A stretch of DNA of 35,711 bases from Catajapyx aquilonaris (Eukaryota): NCBI GenBank assembly GCA_000934665.2, contig KZ539037.1, forward strand, positions 1 through 35,711, given 5' to 3'. Positions 1 to 10,615 of this stretch are shown here, one piece after another. The notes beneath the pieces were generated by a model. The model was not told the DNA's origin and searched no databases. It saw only the letters and a list, made by a program, of their open reading frames with translations. The position numbers and the translations under genes were made by a program. Each line of letters opens with the position of its first letter. The first letter of the stretch is position 1.

Positions 1-153
1 AATTTGTCGATCAAATGACTGTCGGTGGAACGCCCTGTCGGGGAACCTCCTTGTCGGTGAAATGGCTTGTCGGTGGAATGGGTATGTCGGTGAAATGTCT
101 GTCGGTGACATGGCCTGTCGGCCGGGTGGGTGTCGGTGAAATGACCCACACCC
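1..153. mobile_element. Right end of a DNA transposon with subterminal tandem repeats (Mutator/Foldback-like); truncated by the window edge
   Basis: About 9 degenerate 15-17 bp units built on TGTCGGTGAAATG, ending in ...ATGACCCACACCC at 153. The array stops exactly where the left arm of the 154-721 inverted repeat begins. The superfamily is inferred from architecture only. Confidence 0.5.
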
Positions 154-721
154 ATTGTAATCATACGAGACAGTACTGTAATGTCGGACGTGCCTATGCC
201 TTGATGTCCAGTATTTTGCATCGCCGGTCAAGACGACGGTAGACTGGCAGTGCGTTGTTTCTGGAGTACTGGACGTCTCCACCATATCAATTCGATTTTA
301 TTTGCTCTGTGACCTTCTGACCAATGAGTAAATGTACAGGACCCAACCCAGTGCGGTGACCTGTATGACCTAGTTGCTAAACTGCATGCTGCAGTTTCGA
401 CCATCGATATAGGGGACAGAATGCTGCAACGTGCGTGTGCAAGAGAGCAATATCTGTCGTGCGCGTGCCTGTCTACGCATTCGCAGTGGTCACTTGGAGC
501 ACCTCCTTGGCTAATAAATGTTGTACTCTGTATCCAACATTCCACTACTCTCAACGGCGGTCAGCAGGTCACAGAAAATAAAACCAAGTGATATAGGGTG
601 GAACCGTACAATAGGAACAACACACTATACCGTCGTCTTGACCGGAGACGCAAAAATACTGGACATCAGCAAGACAAGTGCACATCAGACATTACAGTAT
701 TCTGTCTCGTAGGACTACAAT
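154..721. mobile_element. MITE-like element with ~90-bp inverted arms
   Basis: 154-241 (ATTGTAATCATACGAGACAG...GTCCAGTATTTTGCATCGCCGGTCAAGACGACGGTA) is the imperfect reverse complement of 628-721 (TACCGTCGTCTTGACCGGAGACGCAAAAATACTGGAC...CTGTCTCGTAGGACTACAAT). Confidence 0.7.
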
Positions 722-1240
722 ACATTAGCGCAATACAGTACCGCATCGTGTCAGATGTCAGCGTATGAGGTAGGCCTAAACAACGACAACATAGCAAGGT
801 GCCGCACCCGGACTTTTAGACTGCATTTGATCACCTATTGTACTGTACATTGACGATGAGTTACGGACCCAAGGCGGGATTATTCGGAGGCCCTCGGGCT
901 GGCTTTTGCAGCATTGAAGCTGGCGAGCCGGATGTGACGTCACGAAACTTTAAAGGTGCCGCGCCGTACGCATTAACACGATATACGCAACGGCGCCCAA
1001 AAATTCTTGCACATCCCTATATTACTGTAGTTTTACGAGTACTGTAGTAGCATATCAGCCTACCTGGCGCCTGTCCGCGAGAATTTCTTCACCCTGCTGA
1101 TGTACCGTATATCACTTATAAAACCTAAAACCATTTAAACGCTAACCGTATGTGAATTAGTTGTTAGTCTGTATTGTAGTTCTCGGCAAGCGGCAAATTC
1201 AAATTAGGCCTAAAACTTTCTTAATTATTTTTGGAATACA

Positions 1241-1291
1241 GTATTTTCAATCCGCGGATACGAAACCCACGGAATAGGAGGGCCCACTGTA
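1241..1291. mobile_element. pogo/Tigger (MER2-like) terminal fragment
   Basis: TATTTTCAATCCGCGGATACGAAACCCACGGAATAGGAGGGCCCACTG followed by TA resembles the recalled Tigger/MER2-type end (...CCGCGGATACGGAGGGCCGACTG-TA). No partner end was found. Confidence 0.45.
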
Positions 1292-2265
1292 TATTATTGA
1301 CTGTATATTATAGACGTGGTCACGATAACGTAAGCACGATCTTGGCTCACTTCCCGCCGCGGTCTAATCGAGCATACACATTACTTCTAATATTAGCCCG
1401 ATATAAAAGTAATGTAAAAGGTACCGTAACTTTGCAACACTGATGACCTAGTCCATGTCACCAATGACCCAAATGACCCGTTTCGGTTTCCTACCAAACG
1501 CGGAACCGCATGTTTAGTACGCCACCTTCCCAGTGTCAACTAATGGCCTCCAAAATGAATGACCCCAAGCAGGCCGCCCAGGACCCGAATGACCCCACAA
1601 ATCCCGAATATCGACCCCGCTCCACTCCTGAAAAGTCCTGGGGTCACAGCATGGCAAGCCAGCCACACGTCACCACCAATGTCGGCTGTCGCTCACGAAA
1701 CCAGCAGCCCGATGACCTCACTGACCAACCTGATCCGGAACATTGATCCCCATTTGCCTCCGAATAATCCTGTAAAAGTAGCGCAACATGCGGACCCATG
1801 CAACGACAACCAGTGTGAACCCACCCGAAAGGACAGGAAGGCGAAAAAGCAGACCCTGCAGGCCGCCCCCATCAAAAGGCCGGCTCCCCTATCCTCCTTT
1901 CATCCCGGTAGACTGCCGCCCAGCAGTGCGTGCTACCCTGGGGCCAGGCCTTACGTCCCAAGCAGCACGGAGCGTACGCCATCCCCTCCCACCGACCCCT
2001 CTTTTCCAGCCGCACTCTCAACCCCCCCCGGTCTCACCCTCCCTACTCCCCCGCTTGCTTCCCACCCTCCCGCTCTGCCAGCCTGCCATCCCACCCACCC
2101 AGCCACCCGCCAGCCAGCCAGCCCGGGCCGTGTTAGGCAGCGGCCCGTTTGCGGACGGGACGGGCAAAGCAGCAGACGGGGCTTGGGAAGCTAGCGAGGC
2201 GGACGTATTACCACATGTTCCCCGGTCAGGACCCCCAGGGCACGCAACAGGCACGTTGACTGGAT

Positions 2266-2745
2266 ATGAGCGACCGGTCGCTGCGGAGGCGAGAGTCACG
2301 TGACGCCGTGACCCAGAGGGCACCCAGCAGCTGGGATACGTTCGCGGCGGCCGCTTACTACACCCGCAGCCACAGCAACAATGGACAACCCAAACCTACG
2401 GAGCTGAAGAGTAACCAGCAGCAGAAGAACAACCCAGGACGAGTCAGAGGCCTGTCGTTGCTTCCGCCCAACAACAAGATGACCAAGAGGATGATGCTGG
2501 AAAGCTTCCAGCCTTGGGTGCTGCAGACGTACGGCGACGCGGCCAAAACCAAGACCATCACGCGCCGGAAATACGGCCGCATCCTGAAGACTCTGCGCGG
2601 GGAGGATGCCAACAACGCCGAGAACTCAAAGTTCCGCTTCTGGGTAAAGGCCAAGGGCTTCCGACTCGACCCGCCTCCGGGGTATCCCAGGGAGGAGAAG
2701 AAGACGACCGATCCACCGCTGTACGTCCCCACGGCCACCATCAAG
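2266..2745 (+). CDS. NOL4: First coding exon of a nucleolar protein 4 (NOL4/NOL4L)-like gene; partial CDS, start at 2266 or 2479/2491
   Basis: The translation contains FQPWVLQTYGDAAKTKTITRRKYGRILKTLRGEDANNAENSKFRFWVKAKGF...LYVP, matching the conserved NOL4-family N-terminus (recalled vertebrate FQDWCLRTYGDSGKTKTVTRKKYERIVQLLNG...NAKFKFWVKSKGF...LYVP). Similarity stops at the strong donor AAG|GTAAGG (2745/2746), phase 0. An in-frame TGA at 2257-2259 precedes ATG 2266. Confidence 0.9.
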
Positions 2746-5057
2746 GTAAGGCCCATCACTTGCTGGTGGTCTGGTCCAGCCGCCTCCTCGACTGACAGGT
2801 TCCAGGCCGAATTCTGGTCGGTCGAATTGCCCGCGGTTGCCAGTTGGGCAACGGGGTCAGATGCCAGCACGGGGCTGGAACAATGGGCAAACATTGCCAA
2901 AGTCAATGCGGGCCCAGCTGGCAACGGCCTAACGACCTGAAAAAGAAATCGGCGGGAAGTGCCGGACCGGGTTATTCATTTCGGATTCATATCTAGGGGA
3001 CACCGTTGTCCGACTGTATATAAACAAAAAAAAGAGCGCAACACCTGGTATGTATCACTTCCCGCTCTCAGAAATGGACCGGGCCGGTCCAGGATGGCCG
3101 CTAATGCCCCGGGAGGCCCCCCCAAAGTGCCGGACCGAATCGATCACCGATGGCGTGTTAATTGGGAGTGTCTGGGTCACCCGGTGTAATTATGGTCAGC
3201 ACCAAGGGATGCAGGTCACGCGTGCGTTATATTACACACATTCGTAGAGCGCGCTTGCGTGTGCGTACCATCCGAAATCCCCGCATGCCCCGGTGACTGC
3301 TGTAATGAGCAGCGGGGGGAGGGGACACATGACGCCGGTGGCCCCGAAGGAGTCCGCCCCCTCCCCTCACTTTCTTCCCCCCCTCTCCACCCCCCTCTCA
3401 TCTCCCTCACCACCGAAGCGCCATCAGCATACTTCCTGNCCCTCCCCCCGGATCCTCATCCCAGGCAGCTGCTGCTTTCGGCGCGCCTCCTGAAAGAAGA
3501 TCGCAAATTGCTGCGGTGACTATTAATTTTAATGATAGTTCCCAGCCCGCTCGGGAGGGGGCGGGACGGCTATTGGGGGGGGGTGGGGTTGTTCATTTTT
3601 TTGTTTTTTGGAATTGGATGATCGGTCGCGGAGTTGGAGTCAACAATAGGCTGGTGTCGTACTGGTGGCGATGTCGGCAAAAGAGCGAATCGAATAAATT
3701 AGCAACCACTAGCGCCACCAGTACAGGTTACACGGTGGCAACCCTGCTGATTCGAATCAATGGCCGATTTGGATCATATGCCGGTGTTATCAGGTGACAA
3801 TTGCTAAATGGTGGACAAAAATTAGGTATAGTCTGTCCAGAAGGGATGGCATTGTTTACTTTACGTAATGGGAGGGTGTATTACAAAATTGTGCGAAAAT
3901 GATGTCTATTTCGGCCGAATTCTTTTCGCCCCGTGGCTCCGCCGAATCTAATCNNNNNNNNNNNNNNNNNNGGGGGGGGGGGGGGGGGGGGGGAGAGAGT
4001 GTAAGGCTGGACGTTGCCAGATTGCATTCGGCCGATCTGGAAACGGCGGAAGTCCCGCATTCCATTCGGTGGGTCTGCTAGAGGCAACTCTTACTGATTA
4101 TGTCCAGATGCACCACATAACACGAAACTTATTATTATCATTACTTTCGACCGGTACTATCACTTACGTTGAGAAAAAAAGGCAGCGTAGTGCTCGCAAC
4201 GTGCGTAGTCAATAGTCATTACATTTTATGTGCCTGTTAGAGAATTAGGCTCCTTATAGGGACCACCGAAATGAATCCTGCCAACATGAAGGAATAGATA
4301 ATAGACGCATATGGCGTACTCTGAGTCCGGAAATATTCTGCGTAACGTAGTTCTTCATGTCTGATCGACAATAGCGTACTCTTGGTGTTTGCTGGAGAAT
4401 ATTTACCTGGAAGTTATGTACTCACGTCAGAAGCACTTTATGCGTGTACGCAAACATTTTGAATGTTACGGACCGTGAAATTCTTTGCATTGCCAAATGC
4501 AATCTGCGCCTAAATCTACCGAAATATAACTAAGGGCGGATATAGGACTGATACACGATTGTGTACATACATGAATGTAAATATTGTGATTGCAGACATC
4601 ATCGTGGATAACTATCGGTATCGCACCAGATATTGCGTATGAACATATATTTATCGCCGGCTTCTCCATAGTAGTCTACAGTACAATACATGTCGGCTGA
4701 GGCGCAACAGGGCGCAAGCACACTTTGAACTAGCTGCGAGCAATCCACCTATTCAAACAATTATGAAAAACGGATTAGGCAAACTGCCTCCGGGCCAATC
4801 AAGCGACTCAGCACATTGCTGTTATACACGCTTCGTAGCACTCGTGCCTGGTAAGGTTCGGGCATATACTATAGGACCGGATAAATTTTTACCTCCCAGG
4901 CAAGGGGCGAGTACGACAAAGCATGTAACGGGCTATATTGTGCCAAAGGTGCGATAACCGGTATGCGTGCGTCTTCCATTTTCGTGCAGCAACCCCGCTA
5001 CACTATTAATGCCAATGCCTGGCATTGTGCGTATCGCCTAATTAAAATAAAATGTGA

Positions 5058-5130
5058 TGACGTCACCATTTGCCACCTTCCAATGACGTCATCCCCTCTT
5101 AATTTGGGGGGTACCCGGAGTATGACGTCA
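5058..5130. promoter_or_regulatory. Cluster of three perfect CRE palindromes (TGACGTCA)
   Basis: TGACGTCA at 5058-5065, 5084-5091 and 5123-5130. The motifs are certain; function is not shown. Confidence 0.4.
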
Positions 5131-6755
5131 GCAAATACACGGGCCATGCACCCGAAATTTCTGAGGGGGTGTGGGGCAGTTGATGGACGAGTTGGAGGGA
5201 AGGGAGACCGGGGGGGGGGNGAAGACACCTGTGCATTGCTAGGGCGATGCCGCCAGCCGGCCTGTGACAGCTACGTTCTCCCTCCCCGTTTGCAGCAGCC
5301 CCTTTTCCTGGTCCTCCCGACCGCCCCTTCGTCCTATCGCACGTCCCACACCCCGCCAGCTGGCAACGCTTGAGTAATGAGCCCGTTCCTCTCCCACCCT
5401 CTCCCCGGTCCCACCACCCGCCTAAACTACCCACCCTCACATCCGCACACGGTTGGAAACAGAGTCAGGTCCACCCATCCGAAGAATCCCGACTTTTCAG
5501 GACCAATATTGGTGAGGCCCCCGGATGTTACATATCACCTGTTGTAACCCAACCACATACGGTCGCAAACCTGCCCAAAATCTCAACTTTCAGGTTGGCA
5601 CCTGGCCCATAGAGGGCAATGTCCGCCCGGTTGGGACAACCTGTCTGCAATATGTGACCCACGACATACTGTTCCTTGGCGCGATGACCTCCTCACATTG
5701 GCAGGTGGCGGGTTGGGCGCGGTGTTTCAAGAGGATGATCTCCCCCCCCCCGTCCTGCTCCCTTATCCTGCCATCTCCCTCCCGCTCTTTCCCCCTCGGT
5801 TTTTTACTGAGCGGAAAACGGGACATTAGAGAGTGGGTGGTAGCGGTGGTGCGCCTTTCCTCCCGCCCTCTGGCCCCCCTCTTCCCGGCCTCCCCACAGC
5901 CAGCAGAAGCCCACTTGCAGTGCCGATCGAACGGCAGGGTACCGGATGGTGTGGAGAACCCACCCCATACCGCCCTTCTACAATATAGGAAGATGGGGGC
6001 CCATGCATTGGAAGTAAATTGTACACATACAGCGGCACGAAGGTCAGAGGCTGTACGTGGCAGGGTCTATGACCGCTCATATTGTGGCCAGTACAGTGCT
6101 GGACATTAATTGTGTCGTACCGGTACTGGTGGCGTTAAATCGGTATACACATGGGCGTCACCCGGATTCGAACCGAGCGGGTGATGCAGAGGCACCTGGT
6201 GGAGACATAACTTGAGGAATGCGCTTCAGCATGCCAGGGATATCCCGAATGGGCCACCGTCTCTATTTACAGAGGAGCCGCGGGGTAAGAGCGCACCGTG
6301 CGTACCGAGGAGTCGTAAAAAAAGTTGGAACCCGTGTTAGAATGGATACTCCTAGACATGCTTGGGAAGAGCTTGGTGGGTTTATAGCCGGCCGGGTCTG
6401 AGGAAACCCAACTTGAAGCTCGCTCCAAATCAGGTCTGTTCTTACCCGCCGAAACAAAGGCGTCTTGTAGAGTGCACATGCGCTCGACGGACGCAATTGT
6501 GGAAGAGGAGCCACGTTCGATCTGGTCCAATACTGTAAAAGCACAACTATAATTATTGAGCTTAAAGAATATTGCTACAAATTATTTGAAGGCCAACTAT
6601 ACTGCTATTGTCAGGATTTCTATTCTGCCACTGGTTCATATTGTAGTGACTGATCAAACGCAGTTACCTGTCGTTACGCAGGCCTTCCAATCGGCATGTA
6701 CTGTTATAGAAGTAGCCTCTACGTTTACTCATACATGAGATGATGGAATAATCTG

Positions 6756-7686
6756 AAGGGAAGGTCACGGGGTGATAATGACGGATCTTGATGAAATTGA
6801 ACATGCTAATACAGGACAATATATGATACCCAAAAATGAAATATTTCGTGCGGAACCCCATATTTGCAAAAGTTATGACGTCTTAAAGTTTCAAAAATAA
6901 TACATTTTCATACTCCATGGGATTACATTAGCGACCACATATAATGACATTGAAGTGTGTAATCAGTTTCTAGACCTTTTCTCAGATGTCGGAAAAAAGT
7001 GATACAGAACGGCTCTGGCCGTCCGTGCGTCCGTCCGACCGTCCGTCTGTGGACAGGTATCAAGGCCTAAACCGTAAGAGATAGCGACAAACGGTTTTCA
7101 TATTCGGATTGAGCGTGACCAAAATATGTTTCATGGTCAACTTCTGGTGACCCGCCTCCCGCCACTTCCGGTCTATTCCGGGTTCACTCTATCCCCTCTA
7201 TCCGCACAAGTCTACTTTAGGGAGGGGTTATCGTTGGATTTCGAAGTTAGTTTCCGTGTATTCCTGACCGTGTTTTTCGGGGATTTACTCCGGGTTTTAC
7301 CTGACTCTCTGGCACATGGGCTGTGGAATTTATTCCTGACGTTGGACATGTTTGCAATGAGCGTCATCGGCCGCCATGATGCTATCGCCCAAGCCGATAC
7401 TGGAATCGATATGTTGCCTAGGTTACGATATATCGATTCACATGCTCACTGAAAGAATGAGAAAAGGTCTAGAAACTGATTACACACTTCAATGTCATTA
7501 TATGTGGTCGCTAATGTAATCCCATGGAGTATGAAAATGTATTATTTTTGGAACTTTAAGACGTCATAACTTTTGCAAATATGGGGTTCCGCACGAAATA
7601 TTTCATTTTTGGGTATCATATGTTGTCCTGTATTAGCATGTTCAATTTCATCAAGATCCGTCATTATCACCCCGTGACCTTTCCTT
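6756..7686. mobile_element. Fold-back element with 229-bp near-perfect inverted arms (possibly Kolobok/T2-like ends) and a HINE-like core
   Basis: 6756-6984 and 7458-7686 are reverse complements, with about 3 mismatches by eye; this explains the twin MGFRTKYFIFGYH ORFs on opposite strands. Ends are AGGGAAGG...CCTTTCCT, flanked by CTGA/TTGA. Confidence 0.85.
6971..7471 (+). mobile_element. Helentron-associated non-autonomous element (HINE/DINE-1-like)
   Basis: Sub-TIR TAGACCTTTTCTCA ... TGAGAAAAGGTCTA, an adjacent partial inverted copy (GAAAAAAGT), then a (CCGT)n microsatellite and CTGTGGACAGGTATCA. The same block occurs at 22437-22965 and 34771-35592. Confidence 0.55.
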
Positions 7687-7713
7687 TGAGTATATATACC
7701 CGTTCATACGGTA

Positions 7714-7851
7714 CTATCGGGTTCAAATACTTTTGGCCACTTTATCCTGGTCTTGAAGCAACCCTTCGCACAGACCCCACGTTAAGGAGGTGTGTGTGAA
7801 GGGTTGCTTCAAGACCGGGATAAAGTGGCCAAAAGTATTTGAACCCGATAG
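7714..7851. mobile_element. 138-bp Tc1/mariner-type MITE
   Basis: ~59-bp TIRs CTATCGGGTTCAAATACTTTTGGCCACTTTATCC... / ...GGATAAAGTGGCCAAAAGTATTTGAACCCGATAG, with TA on both sides (7712-7713, 7852-7853). Confidence 0.85.
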
Positions 7852-8160
7852 TACGTACCGGTATATGTTGCACATCCACGTGTACTGGCAGCTCGTGTAT
7901 TCCGAACGGGCGCGTCCTCCTTCTATAGGCCTTATAGTGAGAATCGGCGAGGATACAACTATACCTTCCGATCGACCTGCTTCTAGGGAAGCTGCCGAAC
8001 TCAGGCGACCCAGTCACTAACAACCAATGAAGTGCGGTGTATTCAGCACGATGTACGTGATGAGGTCTAGCCCTTCTATGGTGACATAACCGCTCACAAG
8101 GCGGACAGAAAGCTGTCAAAGATACCACCATCCTTATTTGCTTTTAATATAGCGTGCTTC

Positions 8161-8310
8161 CCCGAAAGTCGACTCAGATCCGTATCGGTGGTTATCTCGT
8201 GGACATTCGCCTGTCTCCCCTGACTTTCCGGATGCCACACTTGAAGGTCAGGGGAGAGGGGCGATCGTCCGCGGAATAACCACCGATACGGATCTGATCC
8301 GACTTTTGGG
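8161..8310. mobile_element. 150-bp hairpin MITE, family unassigned
   Basis: 8161-8226 (CCCGAAAGTCGACTCAGATCCGTATCGGTGGTTAT...TCTCCCCTGAC) pairs with ~8244-8310 (GTCAGGGGAGA...ATAACCACCGATACGGATCTGATCCGACTTTTGGG). No clear TSD. Confidence 0.7.
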
Positions 8311-10088
8311 ATGTATACACCGTGCATATAGGGCTGTCTCTTCTTCCCGAACCGACACTATAGGCTGATATAAAGTAGATATACAGCTACTGACACGAGA
8401 CGCTAGATAGAGCATATCTAGTGATTAGATTATTATTTTTGCGAGAGATAGTGGTTATTTCCTTTCCATACAAGGATATATGTATTGCTTACGGAAGTGA
8501 GCAGTAATTCTGGACGGTGTCAACAGAGTGAAATGGGCTCATCTTTCTGTCCGCCCATGCCACCAAGAGATGGAATTGGGCAAAGTAGGATATTCCGTAG
8601 TCCTCATGGAATTGGAAATATCGAGCGTGATTTAGCCAGCAGCAGGGGCTAGCAGAGGATTTTGTTCGTTCTGAAGGGAAAACTTTTCGTCCCCGGCAGC
8701 AGCAGCCGGGGATTCAGACGGGCCTAACAAATGTCAACAGGGCTCCGATAAGTACCAGCAGCCTGGCGCTTCTCTCCCGCTACCTCCGCTATATACCCTT
8801 CTTTCCACCAAATGTATGCAAAGTCGCACCAGTCGAATATATTGCCCAGTCTGTCATGCGGGTCATCCGGATGGGGTCATGTGTAACGCTCCTCACTAGA
8901 CAGCAGTGGCGTCTTCTGGATCTGAAAGAGTCGTGAAACGGCCTGGCTGCAGGCTGGTCTCAATATTATTGGACCACGACTTTGCGGGGACAGGAGGAAT
9001 GACCAGAGGAGGTCAACCTTCACACATGTTCCGTGTGTCCAACTTGAAGGGGGGTGACGACTGCATCCCACGAAAATGGAGATTAGTGGTGAAGAGGTGT
9101 GGGAGATGATGGGTTGGGTGGGGGGTAGAATGGGGTGCTATATAGTTGCCCCCAGCAGGCCTATCAACCCAGGTCATGTAATCGATTTGCCGTCAGCGGC
9201 TTGGGGAGGGGGGGGGGGGNNNGGGGGAGGGGGGGGGTTGAAGATTTGGGGGCAAAGTTACACCCAGTGGCCCACGCTAAACTACCCAACCGCATATTAG
9301 GGGGCATCTTTGGATTGTTGTGTGTCATAGACATTTATTTGACTTTTAGAGTGTGGAAAGTACATGGAGTTCTCCCAGACAGAGTGGAGTTTTCACCAGA
9401 GACGAAGCCCTTCAAGACTTGGAGCACTCGTCAGTCTGCTTCTACTTTGTGTAAATGTAAAACCTTTGTAAGGTTGCTGGATCACATGCCAGTGGGTGAG
9501 GGGGCCACAAGTATACCTGGAAGGAGAAATATAACTACTGCAGCGCGAATTAGGCGAAAGTTGCACTAAAATGGGTCTGGAGCGAAAGCTTTTGCAAAAT
9601 TCCAGAAATTTCTTAATAATTTGTACTAAAGCGCACCTGGTAACAGCTGCGTTTCGGTGGTTCACTGATGATGGAGAATTAATGGGCAAAAATGCATATT
9701 TGCACTATTTAGTTGGTTCCCAAACATTCCGTATACTTGGAAGGGAAGTGCAGTGTTGTGGAACATCTTGCGACATGAAATTCTGGGTATGGCTCAGGAT
9801 GGCCGTATAGAAGACCACCCGTCATGCCTATAGCTACTGCATATACAGGAGTCTAATCTGAAACCCCCTCCGATGAATTTATCACTCCATTAGTTTCATG
9901 TTCTGTTGCCACCCCCCGCTTTCCCTTCCACCTTCTCCATCATCCTAACTTGCCCCAAGTGTAGGCCGTTTTTACACCACTTCTCGCCACCACGGCGCCC
10001 CAACCGAATTAACTCCTCCGTTCTGCAGGGGCCGTATGGAGGAATGACTTACTTAGAAATTGAAGCTTCCACAACTCTGATATATATA

Positions 10089-10418
10089 CAGGGTGTTTCA
10101 ACTTTTTGTCCGAACAGTTATCGGAAAATTGCACGTAGCTGCTACTTTGTAAGCAGTGACTTGCAACCGGTGATTTGTCGGAGTAATGGGGAATGATGGG
10201 GTAAAAGAGGGTCACACATCCCATGGCATGTGTGACCCTCTTTTTTCCAGGCTTGACCCTCAATTTTCAGCGGGCACCACATGCCACTTCAACCTACGAT
10301 TCGCAGGGAATATTCCCCGTTTCTCCGAAAAATCACCGTTTGAAAGTCATTGCTTACAAAGTAGCAGCTACGTGCAGTTTTCCGATAACTGTTCGGACAA
10401 AAAAGTTGAAACACCCCG
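10089..10418. mobile_element. 330-bp Tc1/mariner-type MITE, copy 1
   Basis: TIRs CAGGGTGTTTCAACTTTTTGTCCGAACAGTTATCGGAAAA... / ...TTTTCCGATAACTGTTCGGACAAAAAAGTTGAAACACCCCG (~100 bp), with TA flanks. Internal palindrome AAAAGAGGGTCACACAT-CCCATGGC-ATGTGTGACCCTCTTTT. A second copy lies at 32254-32584. Confidence 0.9.
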
Positions 10419-10524
10419 TATATATAGATATAGATATAGATATACCAAGGTTCTAGTTTATACCGTGTAACTTTGATTGTCGTAAGGGGTACGTTCTGGA
10501 CATTTTCATTTAGCTTTTCAAATT

Positions 10525-10615
10525 AGAGGCGTGGTAGAAATGTGGCTGTTGCAGGACGTCCCAGGGAGATTCAACACGGGGAAAGCCAGGGGTTGGGATC
10601 GAACCTGGGCCGTTT
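10525..10615 (-). mobile_element. Degenerate tRNA-SINE fragment
   Basis: GGGATCGAACCTGGG (reverse-complement B box), in the same context as the SINEs at 22270 and 28350. Confidence 0.35.

Noticed and set aside
1..153. Regularly spaced repeats resembling a CRISPR array
   Set aside because: Units are 15-17 bp with no unique spacers, the context is eukaryotic, and there are no cas genes.
1510..2323. Overlapping Pro-rich ORFs of 78-211 aa upstream of the exon
   Set aside because: C-rich low-complexity sequence open in several frames, with no recognisable domain. Probably promoter or 5' UTR.
2358..2924. 188-aa antisense ORF
   Set aside because: Shadow of the GC-rich coding exon.
2746..2940. Continuation of the 224-aa ORF past the donor
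   Set aside because: NOL4 similarity ends at a strong GTAAGG donor, and read-through of 64 codons is unremarkable in GC-rich DNA.
3954..3993. N run and long poly-G tracts (also single Ns in G/C runs elsewhere); possible G-quadruplexes
   Set aside because: The ambiguities coincide with homopolymers, which points to sequencing or assembly uncertainty, so tract lengths are unreliable.
6664..7799. Twin MGFRTKYFIFGYH ORFs as duplicated small genes
   Set aside because: They are by-products of the inverted arms of the fold-back element.
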